A stretch of 64,000 nt of DNA from an uncultured Alphaproteobacteria bacterium (lineage in GTDB: Bacteria > Pseudomonadota > Alphaproteobacteria > ATCC43930 > CGMCC-115725), in the NCBI GenBank assembly GCA_963700185.1, contig CAVOWP010000029.1, forward strand, positions 35,521 through 99,520, read 5' to 3'. Shown piece after piece: positions 9,415 through 19,652 of the stretch (positions are counted from its first letter, which is position 1; every line of letters begins with the position of its first letter). The notes below the pieces were generated by a model that was given only the letters and a program-made list of their open reading frames with translations, was not told the origin of the DNA and did not search any database. The translations under genes and the position numbers were made by a program.

Positions 9415-9556
9415 AGCGCCCCTCTCCGCCCTTCAGGGGGGAGAGGGAGGGGCCCGCGAAGCGGGAGGGTGAGGTGGGCGGCGCCACGAAATGGCACGTC
9501 GGCGCCCCTCACCCTGCCCTCTCCCCCCGGCCCGCGGGGGAGAGGGTAAGATTCTG
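9415..9556. repeat. compound GC-rich palindromic intergenic element
   Basis: Nested inverted repeats: cctctccgcccttcaggggggagagg ... gagggtgaggtgggcggcgcc-acgaaatggcacgtc-ggcgcccctcaccctgccctc ... ccccggcccgcgggggagaggg. This accounts for the spurious ORF 9369..9584. Confidence 0.75.
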
Positions 9557-9588
9557 CGTGATTTGAGACGGACGGGCGGCGCACGAGC

Positions 9589-10501
9589 TTACTTCGCGGT
9601 GGATGGGAGCGGCTTACCGTCGAGGCCGTAAGTCTCGACCTTGGCGGAGGAGCGCAGCTCTTTCAGTTTCGCGTCGACGACGTCGTGCGCCACCAGTTGG
9701 CTGACCTCCTTACGCGCTTCGTCAAAGCTCGGCGGAGTGCTGACGCGATGGTCTTCGACCTTGATGACATGCCAGCCGAACTCGGTCTTCACCGGCGTCT
9801 TGGTGTATTGGCCGGGGGGCAAGGCAAAGGCCGCGTCGGCGAACTCCTTCACCATGTCGTCATGGCCGAAATAGCCGAGATCGCCACCCGATTTGCCGCC
9901 GGGGTCGGTCGAATCCTTCTTGGCGAGCTCGGCGAAATCGGCTCCTTTGTCCAGCTCGGCGATGATCGCATTCGCCTCGGCCTCGGTCTTGACCAGGATG
10001 TGCCGGGCGTGCACCTCTTCGTGCCCCGCCTTCTCCTTGGCAAAGGTCTGGTAGCGCGCCTTGAGCTGGTCCTCGGTCTCGGCATCCTTGATCGCCTTGT
10101 TGAGGTAGGCTTCCTGGATCAGGCGATCCTCATAGCGCTTCAGGCGGAGCTGCACCTCGGGATCCTGGTCGAGGTGATCCTTGCGGCCGGCCTCGGTGAT
10201 CAGCATGCCGTCGACGAGCCGGTCGAGCAGCATCGGATAGATCTGGGCGAGCGGCATTTTTTGGACCTGCGGCGGCAGACTCTGTTGCGCCGCCTCTACA
10301 TCCGAAAGGTGCAGCTCGGTTCCGTCGACACGCGCCACGACCGTGCTGCCCGGCGGCATCGGATGTCGGCATCGTGGCGGCGGGGTTCGGCTGAGGCGCC
10401 GGCCGGTCGGCTGCCAGCAAGACGCCACCGCCGGCGACCGCAGCAGCGAGCCCGGCGGCACAGATCAAGCCGAGCGGAGTTATCGAGAGACGAGGATGCA
10501 T
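9589..10501 (-). CDS. parvulin-type peptidyl-prolyl isomerase (SurA/PpiC-like, periplasmic); one +1 frameshift near 10360
   Basis: Signal peptide MHPRLSITPLGLICAAGLAAAVAG in one frame from ATG 10501. The rest is in ORF 9589..10461, with the rotamase domain (..HARHILV..DLGYFGHDDMVKEFADAAF..FGWHVIKVEDHR). Confidence 0.85.
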
Positions 10502-10639
10502 CGCAGTACCTATAATGAGGAGCCGCCGCTGCACTCCAGCGGCGCAGATAGATGAATGCACATCGGTAGCACGCAAACAAGGCAGCGAAAGGGCGAAGTC
10601 GCACGTGAGCCGGATAAAACCCCCGGGGAACGGCTCGAA

Positions 10640-10668
10640 TTGACATGCCTTAGCCGCCCGCCTATCTC
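10640..10668 (+). promoter_or_regulatory. sigma-70-like promoter candidate for secA
   Basis: TTGACA (10640-10645), 17-nt spacer, TATCTC (10663-10668), about 60 nt upstream of the secA start. Confidence 0.3.
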
Positions 10669-10725
10669 TCGTTTGGTCGCCGTGCGAAGTTATCCGGCCT
10701 CTTTTTCCCATTTTTCGAGGGTCCC

Positions 10726-13453
10726 ATGCTTGGTGCCTTAGCCCGGCGCCTGTTCGGCTCCGCCAATGACCGTTACGTCAAGAGCCTGGGGCCGATCGTC
10801 TCCGCCATCAACGAATTGGAGCCGCAGCTCGAAGCGATGTCCGATGACGAGCTGCGCGCGCGGACCCAGCAGTTCAAGCAACAGCTCGCCGACGGGACCG
10901 AGCTCGACGACATCCTGATCGACGCTTTCGCGACCGTGCGGGAAGCGTCGAAGCGCACCCTCGGGCAGCGTCATTTCGATGTGCAGCTGATGGGCGGCAT
11001 CGTATTGCATCGCGGCATGATCGCCGAGATGAAGACCGGCGAAGGCAAGACGTTGGTCGCGACCCTCCCCGTTTATCTCAATGCGTTGACCGGCAACGGA
11101 GTGCACGTCGTCACGGTCAACGATTATCTCGCCCGCCGCGACGCCGAGTGGATGGGCCAGATCTATCGTTTTCTCGGCCTGACCGTCGGCGTCATCGTCC
11201 ACGACCTCGACGACATGCAGCGGAAGGAGGCCTATCTCTGCGACGTCACCTACGGCACCAACAACGAGCTCGGCTTCGACTATCTGCGCGACAACATGAA
11301 GTTCCGGCTCGAGGACATGGTCCATCGGCCGTTCCATTATGCGATCGTCGACGAGGTCGATTCGATCCTGATCGACGAGGCGCGCACGCCGCTGATCATC
11401 TCCGGCCCGACCGAAGACAATTCCGAGCTCTACATGCGGGTCGACAAGCTGATCCCGGCGCTCGAAGGCGGCGATTACGAGAAGGACGAAAAGCAGCGCA
11501 CGGTGGCGCTGACCGAATCGGGGGTCGAGAAGATCGAGGGGCTGCTGCGCCAATACGGCCTGATGACGACCGGTTCGCTGTACGACATCGAAAATGTCGG
11601 GCTGGTCCACCACGTCAATCAGGCGTTGCGCGCGCACAAGCTCTTTGCCCGCGACACCGATTACATCAGCAAGGACGACAAGATCATCATCATCGACGAG
11701 TTCACCGGCCGCATGATGGAAGGCCGGCGCTACTCGGAGGGGCTGCACCAGGCGCTGGAGGCCAAGGAAGGCGTCACCGTCCAGAACGAGAACCAAACTC
11801 TGGCCTCGATCACCTTCCAAAACTATTTCCGGCTCTATCCGAAGCTCGCCGGCATGACCGGCACGGCGATGACCGAAGCCCAGGAGTTCAGCGACATCTA
11901 CAAGCTCGATGTCATCGAGATCCCGACCAACGAGCCGTGCATCCGCGACGATACGGATGACGAGGTCTACCGCACGACGCGCGAGAAGTACGACGCGATC
12001 GTGCAGCACGTGCTGGAGTGTCAGGAGAAGAAGCAGCCGATGCTGATCGGCACCGTCAGCATCGAGAAATCCGAGGCGTTGTCGGCGCTCTTCAAGAAGC
12101 ACAAGATCCCGCACAATGTGCTGAACGCCCGCTATCACGAGCAGGAAGCCCATATCATCGCCCAGGCCGGCCGGCCCGGCACCGTGACGATCGCCACGAA
12201 CATGGCGGGCCGCGGCACCGATATTCAGCTCGGCGGCAATCTCGAAATGCGGCTACGGACCGATCTGGCGCTGATCGAGGATGGCGCCCAGCGCGAGACG
12301 CGCGCGAGCGGAATCCGCAGCGAAATCGCAGACGGCGCACGAGGAAGTGGTCGGCGCCGGCGGACTCTTTGTCGTCGGCAGCGAGCGGCACGAGAGCCGG
12401 CGCATCGACAACCAGTTGCGCGGCCGCTCGGGCCGTCAGGGCGACCCCGGCGCCTCCAAATTCTTTGTTTCGCTCGAAGACGATCTGATGCGGATCTTCG
12501 GCTCCGAGCGGATGGATTCGATGCTGCAGCGCCTCGGGCTCAAGGAAGGCGAGGCGATCATCCACCCTTGGGTCAACAAGGCCCTCGCCAAGGCGCAGCA
12601 GAAGGTCGAGGCGCGCAACTACGACATCAGAAAGCAGCTCCTCAAATACGACGACGTGATGAACGACCAGCGCAAGGTCGTCTACGAGCAGCGCCGCGAG
12701 ATCATGAATGCCCGCGACGTCGCTTCGACGATCACCGACATGCGCAATGAGACGATCGAGGAGATGGTCGCGCTGGCGATCCCGGAGAATTCGCTGGCCG
12801 AGCAGTGGGACACCCCGGCGCTGCACGCCGAATGCCTGCGGCTCCTCGCTCTCGACCTGCCGCTCGCCGAATGGGCCAAGGAGGAAGGGATCACGGGCGA
12901 CGAGGTGCGCGAGCGCATCACCGCCGCCGCGGACCGCAAGATGGCCGAGAAATCGGCGAATTACGGCCCCGATCTGATGCGGATGGCCGAGAAGAGCCTG
13001 TTATTGCAGCTGTTGGACCAGACCTGGAAAGACCATCTCCTGTCGCTCGATCACCTGCGGCAGGGGATCAACCTGCGCGCCTATGCGCAGCGCGATCCGT
13101 TGAACGAATACAAGCGCGAGGCCTTCGAATTGTTCGAGGCGATGCTGGCCAATCTGCGCCAGCACATCACCTCGGTGCTGTCGCATGTCGAGTTGCGGGT
13201 GCAGCCCGAGCCGGCCTACGCAATGGCCGGCGGCGAGCCCGAGGAGGCGATGGCCGAGGAGCGCGCCACCGGCACGACCGGCCGCCCGATCCCGGCACCC
13301 CGCACCCAGCGCCGCACCGGCTCCGGCAACGGCGCCGACCGCGGCGGCCCACGCCCCGCCGGCCCCCGCGCCCCCTGGGCCGGCACCCCCCGCAACGCCC
13401 CCTGCCCCTGCGGCTCCGGCAAGAAATTCAAACACTGCCACGGCCGCGTCTAA
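10726..13453 (+). CDS. secA: preprotein translocase ATPase SecA (one +1 frameshift near 12330-12340)
   Basis: ORF 10726.. has [33 protein letters not shown] and [18 protein letters not shown] 12281..13453 continues with [31 protein letters not shown] and ends in the zinc-binding tail [16 protein letters not shown]. Confidence 0.95.
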
Positions 13454-13530
13454 CCTCGTTCTGTCTATTCCTTAGCCCATAGTTTTCGATCAAATCGCTT
13501 TCCTTCGCTCCGTGCCAAAGCTCCGGGGTT

Positions 13531-13824
13531 TCACCGATTTTCTCCCAGCGCGCGCAAAACAGCATCGGGCTCGCGCTCGATCACGCGAAGAAAGGCGCGT
13601 GCAGCGCCGTCGGGGCGGCGGCGGCCCTGCTCCCAATTCTGCAGCGCATCCAGCTTGAAACCGAAGCGCGTAGCGAACTCGCCTTGTGAGAGGCCGAGCC
13701 GCGTCCGTATCGCGACCACATCTGTCTCCTCGGGCACGTGAGCAACAAAGCCGTCTCGCGCACCCCTCGCATAGGCCAAGGACTGATTCGCACCTCTGAG
13801 GATGCTTTGCCCTGACTTCGACAT
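13531..13824 (-). CDS. XRE-family HTH antitoxin (HigA/NadS-like)
   Basis: 97 aa. ..[48 protein letters not shown] is the HTH typical of antitoxins paired with PF06296-type toxins. The start is 1 nt after the toxin stop. Confidence 0.8.
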   Translation of the reverse strand: MSKSGQSILRGANQSLAYARGARDGFVAHVPEETDVVAIRTRLGLSQGEFATRFGFKLDALQNWEQGRRRPDGAARAFLRVIEREPDAVLRALGENR

Positions 13825-13825
13825 C

Positions 13826-14191
13826 TCAGTCCACTCCCTTCCGATACTCCACGGCCAGGCTGGCCAGCACTTCTCGTAACTCGTTCCGCTCCGCTTTCGT
13901 CAAATTCGCTCGTTCACCCTTCGCAAAGACTGCCATCAGAAAAACCGGCAAGTCCGGGCCGCCGTAATAGGTAATTACTCGCGCGCCGCCCCGCCTGCCC
14001 TTGCCCTTGGCGCCCCAGCGCAGCTTGCGGGCACCACCCGTTCCCGACATCAGCTCGCCAGCGTTGGGGGTCGCCGCAAGGAAGTCGATCAGCTTCGCAT
14101 GTTCGGTGTCCGTCAGCACCCGCCTTGCGCCGGTCACGAACTCGGTGTTTCGACGACCGTCTGCAAAGGGTGGATCACGTCGCCTAAACAT
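13826..14191 (-). CDS. type II toxin, RelE/HigB-like (PF06296/DUF1044-type)
   Basis: From internal ATG 14191: [88 protein letters not shown]. This has the G.GG.RK.R....GKSGG.R.I motif and the F.K.E..N.. motif of this toxin family. Confidence 0.75.
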   Translation of the reverse strand: MFRRRDPPFADGRRNTEFVTGARRVLTDTEHAKLIDFLAATPNAGELMSGTGGARKLRWGAKGKGRRGGARVITYYGGPDLPVFLMAVFAKGERANLTKAERNELREVLASLAVEYRKGVD

Positions 14192-14237
14192 ACGCCATTG
14201 GCGGATAATTACAAGCGCGCTCAGGGCACGCGTATTA

Positions 14238-14335
14238 GTCGGCAGTAAGCGGCACGAGAGCCGGCGCATTGACAACCAGCCGCGCGGCCGGTCGGGCGGC
14301 TCCGGCAAGAAATTCAAGCACTGCCACGGCCGCGT
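14238..14335 (+). pseudogene. internally deleted relic of the secA 3' region (mini-secA)
   Basis: 14238-14297 aligns to secA 12374-12434 (about 54/60 by hand; ..[15 protein letters not shown]). It is joined in frame to 14298-14335, which is nearly identical to secA 13412-13449 ([12 protein letters not shown]). The first two zinc-ligand Cys are lost. Confidence 0.7.
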
Positions 14336-14362
14336 GCAAGCGCCCGACTTTCGGGGGCGCGA

Positions 14363-14429
14363 GATTGCTTCGTCGCTGCGCTCCTCGCAATGACGGTGGG
14401 CGCGTCATTGCGAGCGCAGCGAAGCAATC
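14363..14429. repeat. REP/BIME-like palindrome, 'CATTGCGAGCGCAGCGAAGCAATC' family
   Basis: gattgcttcgtcgctgcgctcctcgcaatgac-ggtgggcgc-gtcattgcgagcgcagcgaagcaatc. Lies immediately left of the IS110-family element. Confidence 0.85.
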
Positions 14430-14443
14430 TTGTCTGTGGGTGA

Positions 14444-15559
<1,116 letters not shown>

Positions 15560-15614
15560 GCAGTTTCTTTGTTCGACCGAAGGGACCGTTTCTTCGTCCC
15601 GACCTAAGTTCCGA

Positions 15615-15706
15615 ATGGCGCCGCGCGCAGCCGCGGTCAAGACTGGCCGCAGGCCACCGCCGCAGGCGGCGCGTAGCGGTCTTGACGGCGGCGAGCACGG
15701 CGCCAT
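15615..15706 (+). ncRNA. candidate structured RNA in the IS110 right flank (possible bridge/guide RNA)
   Basis: Long imperfect hairpin: atggcgcc (15615-22) pairs with ggcgccat (15699-706), and gtcaagac (15636-43) pairs with gtcttgac (15679-86). The apical region holds two direct copies of gccgcaggc (15646-54, 15659-67). Structure only; no homology evidence. Confidence 0.25.
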
Positions 15707-15767
15707 GCTGCCCGGGTCGGGGGCCCGTCGCCGCGTCCTCAACACAGTTGCTCGGGCCGGTTGACGC

Positions 15768-16877
15768 TCAGCTCAGCACGCCGACCTTCTTGCGTTCGAT
15801 CAGGTCGAAATCGATGTGCGCGCCGAGGCCGGGTTCGGTCGGGGCGTGGACGAGGCCGTCGCGGTCGACGGTGATGTCTTCGGCGAGGCCGTATTTCTGC
15901 ATCGCGTCGGGCAGCAACACCTCGAAGAATTCGGTGTTCCGGATCGCCATGATGACGTGCAGGTTGGCGACGTTGTTCAATGAATTGCCGCCGTGGTGCA
16001 CCTCGAAATTCATGCGGAAGGCTTCGGCGAGGTGGGCGGTCTTGATCAGGGTCGTGATGCCGCCTTTGACCGCGACGTCGCCGCGCAGAAAGTCGGTGGC
16101 GCGCTCGAGGATCCACGGGACATAGGAGTCGAGGCCGCCGATCGGGTATTCGGTGGCGAGGATCGGGATGTCGAGCTTTTGCTTGAGCTTGACGTAATTG
16201 TAGAGGTCCTGGTCGGCGAGCGGGTCCTCGTACCAGTAGAACCCCATCTCCTCGATCGCCCGGCCGACCCGCAGGGCCTCCTCGTAGCGGTAGCTCCAGG
16301 TCGAATCGAGCATGACCGTGTAGTCGTCGCCGACCGCCTTGCGCACCGCTTCGCAGACCTTGATGTCGTCGCGCCAGGATTGCGGCGGGTGGATCTTGTA
16401 GGCGCGCCAGCCGGTCGATTGGTAATGCCGGGCCTGCTCGACATAGGCTTCGGGGGAGCCATGGATCTCCGAGCTCGCATAGGCGGCGATATGGTCGCGC
16501 GTCGTGCCGATCAGCCGGTGGATCGGCAGCCCCGCCGCCTTGCCGGCAATGTCCCACAGCGCAATGTCGCAGGCGCCGATCGCCCGCACCGTGGCGGCGC
16601 GGGCGCGCGCCCATAAGAGGCGGTTGAGCCGCTCGCGGTCGAGCGGGTCCTGACCCATCAGGATCGGCTTCAGAAAGCGGATCAGGCCCGGCCCGTCGAG
16701 GCTCGCCGGGTTGGAGGAGGTGCCGAGAAAGGCGTGCCCGGTGACGCCTTGATCCGTCGTGACGGCGAGCAGGCCGAGATCGCTCTTGCCGGTCGGCCGC
16801 GCCGTGTGGTGACCGTAAATCGTCGAGGGGATGCTTTCCCACGCGAACAGGGTCAGGGTGACATCGGTGATTTTCAT
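15768..16877 (-). CDS. enolase-superfamily enzyme (mandelate racemase/muconate lactonizing enzyme family)
   Basis: 369 aa. ..AIGACDIALWDIAGKAAGLPIHRLIG.., ..VMLDSTWSY.., ..WYEDPL.., ..ILATEY.. match the MR/MLE capping and barrel domain motifs. Confidence 0.85.
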   Translation of the reverse strand: MKITDVTLTLFAWESIPSTIYGHHTARPTGKSDLGLLAVTTDQGVTGHAFLGTSSNPASLDGPGLIRFLKPILMGQDPLDRERLNRLLWARARAATVRAIGACDIALWDIAGKAAGLPIHRLIGTTRDHIAAYASSEIHGSPEAYVEQARHYQSTGWRAYKIHPPQSWRDDIKVCEAVRKAVGDDYTVMLDSTWSYRYEEALRVGRAIEEMGFYWYEDPLADQDLYNYVKLKQKLDIPILATEYPIGGLDSYVPWILERATDFLRGDVAVKGGITTLIKTAHLAEAFRMNFEVHHGGNSLNNVANLHVIMAIRNTEFFEVLLPDAMQKYGLAEDITVDRDGLVHAPTEPGLGAHIDFDLIERKKVGVLS

Positions 16878-16916
16878 TGGTCTCTCTGCTGGCCAACGCT
16901 GGGATCGACGCCTTGC

Positions 16917-17034
16917 GTCCTTCGAGACGCCCGCTTTGCGGGCTCCTCAGGATGACGATTTTCCTTAATGCCATCATCAACTCAACCTCATCCTGAGGAG
17001 GCGCGAAGCGCCGTCTCGAAGGACGCTCGATCGT
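16917..17034. repeat. intergenic palindrome ('TCCTGAGGAGGCGCGAAGCGCCGTCTCGAAGGAC' family)
   Basis: gtccttcgagacgcccgctttgcgggctcctcaggatga ... tcatcctgaggaggcgcgaagcgccgtctcgaaggac. Long inverted repeat with a roughly 30-nt AT-richer centre. Confidence 0.75.
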
Positions 17035-17059
17035 GCTGCAGCGCGCCTCTTTCGCACAT

Positions 17060-18034
17060 TCAGCCGACCAGCACAGCCTTGCCGATGACCTTGCGGTCGA
17101 TCAGGGCTTGTATCGCGTCGGCGGCCGCTTCCAGCGGAAAGCGGCGCCAGATGCGTGGCTTGAGCTTGCCTTGTCCGGCGAGCTCGACCAGCGTCTTGAT
17201 GTTGGCGGCGGCGATCTCGGGGTGGGCTTCGCTGAGCCCGCCGATCCGCACCCCGATCGCCTCGATCCCCTTGATCAGCAGGTAATTGGTGCGGGCCAGC
17301 GCCGGCGCGCCGCCGAGAAACCCGAGGATCAGGATGCGCCCGCTCCAGGCGAGGCAACGCAACGACTCTTCAAATGTCGGGCCGTTGACCGGGTCGTAGA
17401 CGATGTCGACGCCGCGGCCGCCGGTCAGTTCCATCACCTTGTCCCGGAACCCGGCTTGATAATCGGTCGCATGGTCTGCGCCCTCTTCGAGACAGACCGC
17501 GCGTTTCTCCTCGGTGCTGGCGGTAGCTATGACTTTGGCGCCGTAGAGCTTGGCGATCTGGATCGCAGGAAGGCCGATGCCGCCGGCGGCGCCATGGATC
17601 AGGACCCAGTCGCCTGCTTTGAGCCGGCCGCGCTGCAGCAGTGCATGATAGGCGGTGTGGTAGACGTTGCGGAAAACTGCCGCCTCCTCCAGGCTCATTC
17701 CGGAGGGGATCAGGTCGCAATCCTCGGCCTTCGCATTGCCCGACTGCGCGAAGCCGCCGAGCCGATGTCGGCTCATCACCCGATCGCCGGGTTTGAAGCC
17801 CGTCACGCCGGACCCGATGGCGACGACCTCACCCGCGCCTTCGCTGCCCGGGATGAAGGGCGGTTCCGGCCGGAATTGGTATTTACCGGCCAGCATCAGC
17901 ACGTCGACATACTGAACGCCGCGCGCCTGAATGCGGATTTGCAACTCCCCCGGCCCGGGCGGCGGTGGGTCCGGCACCTCACGCAGTGCCAATACCTCCG
18001 GCCCGCCGAACGCCTCGCAGACGACAGCCTTCAC
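17060..18034 (-). CDS. NADPH:quinone oxidoreductase / zinc-type alcohol dehydrogenase-like (MDR family)
   Basis: GTG 18034 gives VKAVVCEAFGGPEVLALREVPDPPPPGPGELQIRIQARGV..; GDWVLIHGAAGGIGLPAIQIAKLYGAKVIATAS is the Rossmann motif. Confidence 0.85.
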   Translation of the reverse strand: MKAVVCEAFGGPEVLALREVPDPPPPGPGELQIRIQARGVQYVDVLMLAGKYQFRPEPPFIPGSEGAGEVVAIGSGVTGFKPGDRVMSRHRLGGFAQSGNAKAEDCDLIPSGMSLEEAAVFRNVYHTAYHALLQRGRLKAGDWVLIHGAAGGIGLPAIQIAKLYGAKVIATASTEEKRAVCLEEGADHATDYQAGFRDKVMELTGGRGVDIVYDPVNGPTFEESLRCLAWSGRILILGFLGGAPALARTNYLLIKGIEAIGVRIGGLSEAHPEIAAANIKTLVELAGQGKLKPRIWRRFPLEAAADAIQALIDRKVIGKAVLVG

Positions 18035-18039
18035 CGGCG

Positions 18040-18495
18040 CTATTCCGCAGCTTGCGCCTGTACCTCCGCCGCTGCCCCTTGCGAACGCAGCTTCTCCATC
18101 ACTTCCCAATTGGTGTAACGGGTGAACCCGTTCTCGTCGAAGAACAGAACGGCGCCATTGCAGATGAAAAGATAGGTCGTGTCTTCGAGGGCAGTCGTCG
18201 CGTCGTGCAAAATGCCAGAGGGCTCATAGACGTAGTCGCCGGCATTCAAGACGCCGTTTCTGACCTGAAGCTTGCCCGAGATGATAAAGGCGTGGGCGCC
18301 CGCGAGATGTTTGTGGGGCGGCGCGACATAGCCCTTTTTCCAATGATGGAGCGAGGCCCAGGTGCCGGTCTCATGGCCGACCCACAGCACCTTGACGGAG
18401 GACAGCGGCGTCTGCTGGGTCCACGGTGCCTCGGAGCGCACCAGCGTATCCTGAATATTCTGAAAGGCGGGTCTGATGTCCTGCGGCAGCGGCAT
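18040..18495 (-). CDS. cupin-domain protein (ChrR-like cupin)
   Basis: RBS AAGGGAG before ATG 18495 (MPLPQDIRPAF..). ..VKVLWVGHETGTWASLHHWKKGYVAPPHKHLAGAHAFIISGKLQV..GDYVYEPSG.LHD is a cupin fold. Confidence 0.7.
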   Translation of the reverse strand: MPLPQDIRPAFQNIQDTLVRSEAPWTQQTPLSSVKVLWVGHETGTWASLHHWKKGYVAPPHKHLAGAHAFIISGKLQVRNGVLNAGDYVYEPSGILHDATTALEDTTYLFICNGAVLFFDENGFTRYTNWEVMEKLRSQGAAAEVQAQAAE

Positions 18496-18576
18496 TATCG
18501 GCTCCCTTCGCATTGCCCAAATCACGATACGCCGCACCGGCAGTGCCGGCAAGGACACCCCACTCGGGAGGCCCGG

Positions 18577-19470
18577 CTAATGGGACATCAGCACCGGCAC
18601 CGTCATGTGATCGAGGAGCTCGCGGCTGACGCCGCCGACCAATGCTTCGCGCAGCTGCGAATGGTGGTATGCGCCGGCGACGATCAGGTCGGCGGCGAGA
18701 TCCGCGGCGCGGGACAGCAGCACGTCCGAGATACGCAGGTCGCCCTGCAAGGTTTCCTCGGCTCGGGCGGGGATGCCGTGCCGGTGCAGGTGATGGACTA
18801 TCCGCTCGATCGACGGGCGGTGCTCCGCCAAGGCCGTCTCTCGCGTCCCGACAAACATCACGGTGACTGCCTCGGCGTTTTCGAGCAGCGGCAGCGCATC
18901 GTTTGCTGCACGCGTGGCCTCCCGCGTCCCGTCCCACGCGACGAGCGCGCGCCTGCCGACCGCATCATACGTGCCGGCATACGGAACCACGAGAACCGGC
19001 CGGCCCGTCGCGATGACGATCTCGTCCGGGCGAAACCCGGTCGACCGGATCTCGGGCGACAGCTGGCCAAGGATGGTCAGATCGAAAGCCTTCGCAAGAT
19101 CGATGAAGACTCCGGTCTCGCCCGGCGACAAGAGGAGCCACTCGCCCCCGAGACCGTGAGCCCGCAACTCCGCCCTGAATAGCTCTTCGGCCTGCTCGGC
19201 GCGCTCGGCTTCGCGCGACGGCGGCGTAACCGGGGTAGAAGCGGGGTCGCCAACAGTGGCCACCATTTCGGGTGTGACAATGATGCCGGGGCCGGAATTG
19301 AGCGGCACCCCTGGCAAAATTGGGCTGACGGGCGCACCATGCTGCTCTCGCATAACGTAGCAAGCGGTGATATGCGCCTGGTGAGCCCTTACCAAGTTGA
19401 GGGCGAGCTTAAGACGGCCTTCCCCGGCAGTGCTGGGATCCACGCCGACCAGGATGTCCTTCAGGGCCAT
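18577..19470 (-). CDS. universal stress protein (tandem UspA domains)
   Basis: 297 aa. MALKDILVGVDPS.. and a second ..VLVVPY..ALVAWDGTREATRA.. module. C-terminal ..LIVAGAYHHSQLREALVGGVSRELLDHMTVPVLMSH. Confidence 0.85.
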   Translation of the reverse strand: MALKDILVGVDPSTAGEGRLKLALNLVRAHQAHITACYVMREQHGAPVSPILPGVPLNSGPGIIVTPEMVATVGDPASTPVTPPSREAERAEQAEELFRAELRAHGLGGEWLLLSPGETGVFIDLAKAFDLTILGQLSPEIRSTGFRPDEIVIATGRPVLVVPYAGTYDAVGRRALVAWDGTREATRAANDALPLLENAEAVTVMFVGTRETALAEHRPSIERIVHHLHRHGIPARAEETLQGDLRISDVLLSRAADLAADLIVAGAYHHSQLREALVGGVSRELLDHMTVPVLMSH

Positions 19471-19652
19471 TTTTGCCTCACGACAGGCTTAAGGCGCGAA
19501 GGTCAGGAATTCGCGCGAAGTGCGTCTCGATCGCCCCCGTTCGCCGGCCGGGCCGATGAGATCGGCAACGCCTCATCGTAACACCGGCGACGAGCATCAT
19601 ACAGGGTTGTGCTTTTGCTGCGCCCGCACCGCCAACCCGGTGGGTTCCTAGA

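Noticed and set aside
9369-9584. 71-aa ORF between argJ and the PPIase gene
   Set aside because: It is encoded wholly by the compound GC-rich palindrome, and its 'protein' (..PLRGPLPLPPEGRRG..) is the usual translation artefact of this repeat family.
10738-12153. 471-aa ORF on the - strand
   Set aside because: Antisense shadow of secA.
12320-12345. Programmed ribosomal frameshift in secA (and in the other split genes)
   Set aside because: There is no slippery heptamer or stimulatory structure. Identical +1 breaks occur in about 15 unrelated genes, often several per gene, which fits a systematic insertion error.
14001-14393. 130-aa + strand ORF ending in ..[13 protein letters not shown].., possibly a small SEC-C-motif protein
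   Set aside because: Its first two thirds are antisense to the toxin gene. It has no RBS, lacks the first two zinc-ligand cysteines, and the SecA-like part is explained as a deletion relic of the secA tail.
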